A stretch of DNA of 64,000 nt, taken from Auanema rhodensis. Its lineage: Eukaryota > Animalia > Nematoda. Within the stretch, counting starts at the first letter, position 1. Every line of letters begins with the position of its first letter. The translations under genes and the position numbers were made by a program. The stretch lies in assembly GCA_964057225.1 (NCBI GenBank), contig OZ059896.1:9238001-9302000 (forward strand). Reading direction: 5' to 3'. This document shows, piece after piece, positions 56,354 to 64,000 of the stretch. Under the pieces are notes generated by a model that had not been told where the DNA came from, searched no databases, and saw only the letters and a list, made by a program, of their open reading frames with translations.

Positions 56354-57562
56354 ATGCTTGGCCAGACCGCAGGTACTGTTCGGCTCGTCGTAGGTTCTGC
56401 TTTCCAGCAGGAGAGGGGCTTTGCTACCCTCAAGGTTTATACATAAATATATCAAAAATATAAAATGTTTTTTTTCTCCAGGACATCTCGATTCGTGTTA
56501 AATCTGTTAAGAATATTCAGAAGATTACCAAATCAATGAAAATGGTTGCCGCTGCCAAATACGCTAAGGCAGAGAGAGATCTTAAGGTTCATTGTATAAC
56601 GTCTCGGCATTGAAATATTATTAAAATTAAGGGAGCCCGTGCCTATGGTGTTGGAGCTAGAGCTTTCTTTGACAATATTAACCCTGTTGAAGAAGGAGAG
56701 TCTAAGGATGAGAAGCAAAAGCAACTTCTTGTTCTTATTACCTCTGACAGAGGCCTCTGTGGTGGAGTTCACTCTGCTATCGTCAAGGTTTTCCATTATC
56801 TATTGACATTTAAATGTTTTTTCTCCTGTCAGGAAGCTAAGACCATCCTTAATAACAACCAAGACAAGGAAATAAAGGTTGCTTGTATCGGAGACAAAGC
56901 TCGTGCTGGATTACAAAGACTTTATGCCGATGTTTGTTAATTTATTTTTATTTTTAATTTTTTTTGTGTATAGAACATCCTTTTGGCCGGAAACGAAATT
57001 GGACGTCAGCCTCCTACATTCGCTGATGCTTCAATTGCCGCCAAAGCTATTCTTGACAGCAATTTTGACTTCGAGCAGGTTAATTGACTAGAAATTATTT
57101 TAGCAATAATAGGTTTAGGGTCATATCATTTTCAACAAATTCAAGTCTGTCGTTTCCTATGAAACTTCTAAGCTTCCAATTCTCCCATTGGAGGTAAGCG
57201 TTAATATTGTGATTCTGGTTTATTTATTTCTCGTTTAGGCTATCAAGGCTAAGGAATCTCTTAACACTTACGATTCCGTAGATGATGATGTTCTTCAATC
57301 TTACACCGAGTACTCCTTGGCTCAGCTTATTTATTATGCCATGAAGGAAGCTGCTACTTCCGAACAAAGTTCTCGTATGACTGCTATGGATGGTGCTTCA
57401 AAGAACGCTGGTAAGAATTCTATATTTCTATTTGAACTTTTTATACGCTATTTCTATTCAGGTGAGATGATTGATAAGCTTACTCTCGCTTTGAACCGAA
57501 CACGTCAAGCTGTGATCACTCGCGAATTGATTGAAATCATCTCTGGAGCTGCTTGTGTTTAG
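56354..57562 (+). CDS. ATP5F1C: Mitochondrial ATP synthase F1 gamma subunit
   Basis: Presequence then [54 protein letters not shown] and [19 protein letters not shown]. Confidence 0.97.
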
Positions 57563-57755
57563 ACGATAATTAGGCACTTTGACCATGTGCTGTCGCTTAG
57601 TTCGTCAATAACATTGTTTCTTAGATTTTCTTATTTAGTAAAGAGAGTAAATAATTGTTACATAAATTCTTTGAGGTCATTCCAAGTTTTTTTTATCTTA
57701 CAAATGTCCACAAAACCTGCAGCATTGAATGTTTAGGAATGAACTAATTGAAAAC

Positions 57756-60700
57756 ATGGATATCACGATTATCGAGAATGCTGCCAACACAATTTGGGTA
57801 TGTTAATGTGCAGCAAAGAAAGCTATAGCGAGGCTTTCAGGGTAATCCTAATGCGTCTAATGACGAAAGAAAAGATGCAGAAAGGGTTTTTCAAGAACTT
57901 CAAAAAGTATTAACGATTGAACATCTAACTCATATTATTTGTATGTTGTTTTATATTTTTGTGTTTATTTGTAAAGTTCAGCATCTACCCAGAATCAATA
58001 TGTTTTGTTTCAAGTAGCACAATACGCTGGAGAGCATGTCTTGAAACAATGGCCCCTACTTAATTCAGAACAGGTTATTAAGTCTTCAATCTAAAACAGT
58101 TTTCTTGTCTTTAGGTTGAATCAACTTATCAGTTGTTTCTAGAGTATGTTGTGAGTAATAAGGAGTTGTCTACGTTTGCTATATCTGCTTTTCTTCGTTC
58201 CGTTGCTATGATATTGAAACGAGGAAGTCTAGATAAAAAGACAGGATCTCAAACAAAGTTGTTTGAAGTCATTCGAAGCATGCTTACCAGCAATTGCCCA
58301 CGACTTGTGTGTTCATTTTTTTTCCATATCTGAATTCTTTTTCTAGCAATCTGTTGGCTGTCAATTCATATCAGCGATAACTGAGCAGTTTTCTTCACAT
58401 TGGCGAAATTCTGAGTTTTCGATTACTTGGGATTTCCATATTAGAGCCAAAAGTGAATTCGAGGTAAATTATTATTAATTTGAAAACATATTTTTGTGTT
58501 CTTCAGAAAACAGGCTTACGTTGTCTTCTTGAAATGTCTTTGGAAACTCTTCATCATTTATGTAGTTCTGTTGATATTCTTCGGAATGAGTTTGCCCATC
58601 GCCTTTGCGATAAGTTTTTAGAGGTTTTGCATTCATTATGCTGTATTTTGATATCTTATGCTTTAAGGTAGCAGAAAATATTTTTTCATGGAACTTTTCT
58701 TCTAGACTGTTTCGTAGATTGTTCGCATTATCACAGGTTTGTTTTACGTAACCTTATGCAAAATTATTGCGTTTATAGACAACTGCTGCCTTTCGTCCAC
58801 CTATTACATGGTCCGACTTGTTACAGAATGAAGAATTTTTCCCTCTTTTTTTCAAGGCACGATTTTTCAGTATTATTATAATTTTGTGTCAATTTTAGCT
58901 TCATTCGCTTATTCGACAAGATGAGGGTTTATGTGCCCGATCTATGTCATGCTTAGTTCAGTTAGCTGGTTTATCGGGAGAATGTATGAATGAGGGTGCC
59001 TCTGTTCCTACCGAACAAACGTTTGCTCAACGTTTTGTTAATTTGTTCACCCAACATCTGCTAGATCTTTTTGTAGATGGTTAGTGTTTATCAATTGTTT
59101 TGGTTTTTTAATGTACTGTGTTATGCAAATTGTTACTTTTGCAGGGCCACTACCTCACGAAGTACACAGTTTCTGTTTAATAATACAGCGATTGGTATTT
59201 TACCGTCCTCTTTCTTATATGATGCGTCTGCCTAACGATAATGGTGCAGGAGGATTGAGAGCTCGATTTTTTATGTATTGTAACAAATATGTAATTTATT
59301 TAACAGAAATAGCAATTCCAAAATCTATCGTAAGACCTATCTTGTTTTTCACTAGTATTAATGAAGTTCAGGCTCAATGTGAGCATGAAGATAAAGAATC
59401 ATTAGCTGTCTTGTTTGACACCTGGGTCACAATGCTACGAGGAAGATGGAGAACTGGTTATTCTGCTCATGCTCAACAAGAAATCGGTTTTCAATTTTTC
59501 CATAGGCTTTACATAAATATTTTCGTTAAGATGAAATGTTTTTCATTGGACCTACTTGGGATATTGTCCAGAAATTTTTCTATTGCGTCCAATCTTCGCC
59601 ATTAGGCAATAGACCTATTGCTAAAGATGAGGAGCACGATGAAGATAGTGATGATCGTGTGGTGAGTACTATATATCCTTCTTTGCATTTGTCCTGATTT
59701 CAGCTGTTTGAAAATATTTTAACAAGTTTGGGAGGTATGATACAATATAATGTTGGCCGGTTTCTTGAAAACATAGTCGGGTTAGTTCTGATATTTATGT
59801 GCTTCCTAGCATTTTCAATTCAGAACGTTCCGTGGAAAAGTCAGAGAATTACAAACTATCATGAATGAACCTATTAATCCTCAAACGCTAACTCTGTGGC
59901 AGGAAGACATGCATTGGTTTATGCTTATTTTTGGATATTCTCTCGTTATTGAAGAAGCTGATGGAACATGTTCTCTGTGTTGCGAAGTTTATGATTATCT
60001 GGATGAGTTAACCCAGAAGTCTGCAATCAAATTTAAGTTTGTGCTTAGTGTGAAATATCAATATATTATATTAATCTCCTTCAGCGAGGAAACCAAGCAG
60101 ATGTACCTGTGTCATTGTATGGAAAACCCCTTCGCTGATCGCCCAACTTCAAGCACAGAAATCGATCCTTTCATGATGTAACTTTTTAATATAATTTTGT
60201 TATTTACTGCTTTGTAACAGATTCGTTGGAGAGCTATTGAGCTGGGCGAGCATCCAATATCAGCTTTTACTAACTCAATCTACAGCCCATCTTGTCTCTC
60301 CTGAAGTAATTAGAAGTACTCTCATGTGTGTTAGAAAGTTTATCAATACTATTAGCCGCATTCCTGATTCAACAGGGGTTAGTTATTAATCATATCTTAT
60401 CCACCAAAATATCCACTCATTAAGGACAATGATCCAATATCTTGTCCATTTATCGACAGCTATGGACCATTCAATGATGTTCTTGTAAAGTTTTGCTTAG
60501 ATATGTCTTTTATTGTATTGAGAGAATACAGAGGAGAAGTCAAGTAATATTGTTTCTCATGAACTTGGATGAACAAAACTATTAATTTAGAGTTTGTGAG
60601 GAAGCTGTCTCTTTCTTATGTTGCTTGATTGAAACGAGAGCTAATGCGCTAGCAGCTGAACCTCAGCTTTTTAAACATCTAGCTGAGTTAGATATTGCTT

Positions 60701-62362
60701 CTTTGTCGAGCAGGTATCCTAATATATTTTTAATTTTGTTTACTGTTTCTGTCTCAGAACAATTCTTATGAAAGCTTTAGTTCAAATAGCTGCAGCAGCT
60801 AAGGAAGAAGCTTTACAAAAGAACATGTATGATCTAGTAAGTGTTTATTAAATATTCTAATTGTAGAGACTTAGTATAAAAAAAATTGTTTTAGATTTTA
60901 GTTCCTCTTGGGGAACGCTTTACCAGTTTGTCTTCTCAGCCATCATCCTCTGAGAATGATAGTTTACTAACTGATATGCTACAGTGCTTCGATGGAGTTG
61001 CTTTGGGTAGTGATAGCGATTCGGGCCCCGTCTTAGCAAGTTAGTATTTGTTAAGTTTTTTAAACAGCATGTTAATTTCGTCAGCATTTTGCTGAATTTT
61101 TGTACTGTTAATTTTATTAGATGTATTTCAAGAACTTCTCCATCCATTGTTAAAAGAATGTGTTCCTTTAATGAAAACGAGGGCTCATTCTGCTCCAATG
61201 GTCACAGCAATTCTACAACTTTTATTTGATACCACTACACGCGTATCAATTTATGTTGAAGACAAGGTGGCATTTCATTAATTTTCCATAAGATTATTTA
61301 GTATATTTTTGCAGGGAGAAGAAACTGTACTATACGAATCCATTTTGGAAATTTCTCAGGCGTATTGCCAGGGGCAACTTCATCGCTTTGTCGGTATGAC
61401 AGCCGATGATGAAGAGAAATCTAATGATCTGGTTTATTATATCATATATATATATGTATGAATGTTCTGTTTCAGATTTTATTCCTTGATGTTTTAATGA
61501 ATGTGATATCAAAAGATTTACTTGCAGATGGAGATTCTTTTGGGTCTAAGGTAATTTAATTTAATAAAATTTTACTTTTATTTTAAAAAATTCAGGTTGC
61601 TGTTATGGCAATGGAAGTTTTATTAGGCACCATGAATGAGGCCATGCTTCTTATACCAGAACTAGCAAAAAAATTCTTCCGCTTTATTTGTTATCTTGTT
61701 CAATTTACTCCAGATGCAATGAAATCTATGTCTGATCAGTTTTTAATCGGTGTTTGTGGAATTTTGAAGGTAATATTTCTATTTTGAAAGTTTTTCATGT
61801 ATTATTCTAGACTGGACTCTCTAGTAATTATGGAGTTGAAGTTTCATCCTTGTCTTTGGAAGGAATTTTCTCTGTTGCTCAATATATTGCGCTAGATCCT
61901 AATTCAACATCCGTAGAGTTCAAGCGTAACATGATTGAGATGCTTCCGGTTTGAAACATAAATTTTACTTAATATTTTGAATTGTTTAAGACTGTCTTCG
62001 AACTATGCCTTGAATACAGTTGCGACAACTCATTATTTACTGATGCTGCAAACGCTTTATATGGTCTCATTACTATTGAAAGGGTATTTGAGTTCATTTA
62101 TTTCTGGGTCAAACGTTATTTTTAGAATTATTATGATGCTTTCGTGACTAATTTATTATCTCATAAACAAAATGAATCCGCTGCTCATCAGCTCAAAGAA
62201 GCTTTTGAGAAACTCCTACCTTCCGATACCGATTTAGCTTCTCGTCGAGCGAAGTAAGTCAGCTCTAGCATCCATAATGATTTGAATTCTTTCAGAATTG
62301 AATTCCGTAGACGCATGGAAGTTTTTCTTGGCGAAATTCAGGGATTGCTTGTTACTAACTGA
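57756..62362 (+). CDS. XPO4: Exportin-4-like karyopherin
   Basis: Many-exon helical-repeat protein: ENAANTI..ERKDAE, VAMILKRGSLD, EQFSS..TWDFHIRAKSEFE, SMSCLVQLAGL, QEDMHWFMLIFG and IPELAKKFFRFI; ends IQGLLVTN*. Confidence 0.85.
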
Positions 62363-63027
62363 ACAGAATCCCATTTTTAAAATATTTTCTTCAACATAAT
62401 TTAAGAATACGAGTCATATTTTCATTACCTCGATACGGAAAATTGGAATATTGTTCTCTTAGAGCCTCCAGTTGATTTATAATTTTTTAGTATGTTGTTG
62501 TTTTGCGGGTTTAACAATTTTCTCATTTGTTACATTTTTGAAATAAACCCTTTGCATGAATTGTTTGTTAAAGTTCAGCATGATAAGAAACTGAAACTTG
62601 AGCTCATCGCAGGCAGCTGTTTTTAGAAGCTGTCGAGCAAATGACTTGCTCCGCCTAAGGCAAAATCAATAGCTGGCAGGGGGTTTATAAAAGTCGCTGC
62701 TTTATCTTCACATGTTACAAGCTTTTTTGGTCAGTTTTTTGAAATTCTTGAAGACTTCGTATTCAATGTAATGTTAATTTTATTTTAATCAGATTCGAAC
62801 TTGAACCCTATTGCTACTGTAACAGTTTTTATTATAAAAAACGTTATTGAGCTTGATGCATTTCTAATGATAGAGCTCCTGCGTAAAATATAATATTCCC
62901 AGGACACTCGATTTTCAGTATTTCGTTATTTGCCCGTATCTTCCAATTTTGATATACTATACATTACAAAGCTTATTTTTTGAGTTCACTGAATGTATTT
63001 CAAACCAGTAAACTTTCATAACAGGTA

Positions 63028-63899
63028 ATGACAGACGAGCTCCAAAGACTTACAAAAGATCCACACGAAGCTCAAACTATCACCGTAAGATTTATAAATA
63101 TTCTAATAGCGACAATAAACTTTTGAAGCTCGAGCCAGGTGGCTCAAAACTAGCTGTGCCAACCTATCCCAAAACAGGTGGAAATATAAGAACAAGTACA
63201 TCTATCACAGGATTACACATACGCGATAGATTTCGAGAAAAGCGTGAAAAGTTCCGAAGTAAATCATCTTTTTCCTAAATTATTTGTTGAAAATTCTACA
63301 AATCCATTTTTATATGTCTGAGTCTTCAGAAAATCAATGCTGCGGAATCGTTTTCTTTTTAATTCTCGGGACACTTCTGAATGTATTGGCATATTTATCA
63401 AGCGTATGGGCAGCTCAATTGCAGCAGGAGGTTGTTAGAACAGCAGTTGAAAATGAGCATACCTTCCGATTTAAATTAAAACGAAGTAAGATCGGATATT
63501 TCTCATCACATAATAAAATATATTATTTTTCATTTTGTTGCGATGTAGAATATTTTGATCATGTTCGTGTTTCTTTTCAGCGCTGGCAGAAGCTCCTTCC
63601 AAATATCTTATTGGTTTACTTAATTTTGGAGGTCGTGTACTTAGTGCTCTTGGTATTGTACTACTTGTGCAAGTGAGTTTCACAGCTTCATCATTTTATA
63701 ATATTTTTCTGATTCAGGTAGTTTCTACATATATGAAAAGACGACGCTATAATGTTATTATGAAAAGTGCCGCGGAGGAAGCAGATACACTAATAGGTTA
63801 AATTTTGTGACTTATATGAAATTATATATTATATGAAAATCATACTCTATCATGTAATTTTCTTATAATCATATTTAGGCGATATGCACGGGGGCGTGA
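63028..63899 (+). CDS. Small protein with two hydrophobic segments, unknown function
   Basis: Spliced exons MTDELQRLTKDPHEAQTIT/LEPGGSKLAVP../NQCCGIVFFLILGTLLNVLAYLSSVWA../VLSALGIVLLVQVVSTYMKRRR..MHGA*. TATA-like TATAAAAG near 62687. The 3' frame depends on whether a possible 14-nt microexon near 63549 is used. Confidence 0.6.
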
Positions 63900-64000
63900 C
63901 TGATATGGTAGGAGAATGCTGTTTGACATGTTTTCAGGTGATTTCGAAACCAACATTTTTTTAGTTTCTTTTTATTTAGTCTTTGACGTGATTGAAGATG

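Overview
This is AT-rich eukaryotic DNA from a nematode, probably a compact-genome clade V rhabditid: introns are about 40-60 nt, TTTCAG acceptors sit just before many ATGs, and operon-like gene pairs are present. The ORF track shows only exon fragments, so I assembled the gene models by hand from splice signals. From left to right the window holds: the first exon of a secreted protein running off the left edge; a secreted protein with three Cys-bounded helical repeats; a secreted 9-exon protein with APH/QWHG/HIEQ motifs resembling a microbial Zn-hydrolase; the JNK-like kinase kgb-1; a mir-83 hairpin with nearby candidate hairpins; a mucin-like protein with an aECM cysteine-cradle domain; a cuticle collagen; a GPATCH2-like gene; an fnta-1/ints-13 operon divergent from cogc-8; a bestrophin; a collagen with a long Thr-rich tail; three srx chemoreceptors built from near-identical duplicated blocks; a ground-like gene; CCDC12 divergent from an ATP synthase gamma/exportin-4 operon; and a small membrane protein. 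The most interesting items are the candidate horizontally acquired secreted metallo-hydrolase (8142-9788), the mosaic srx array (42.7-53.1 kb) and the mir-83 locus. Family assignments come from motif recognition from memory, not database searches.
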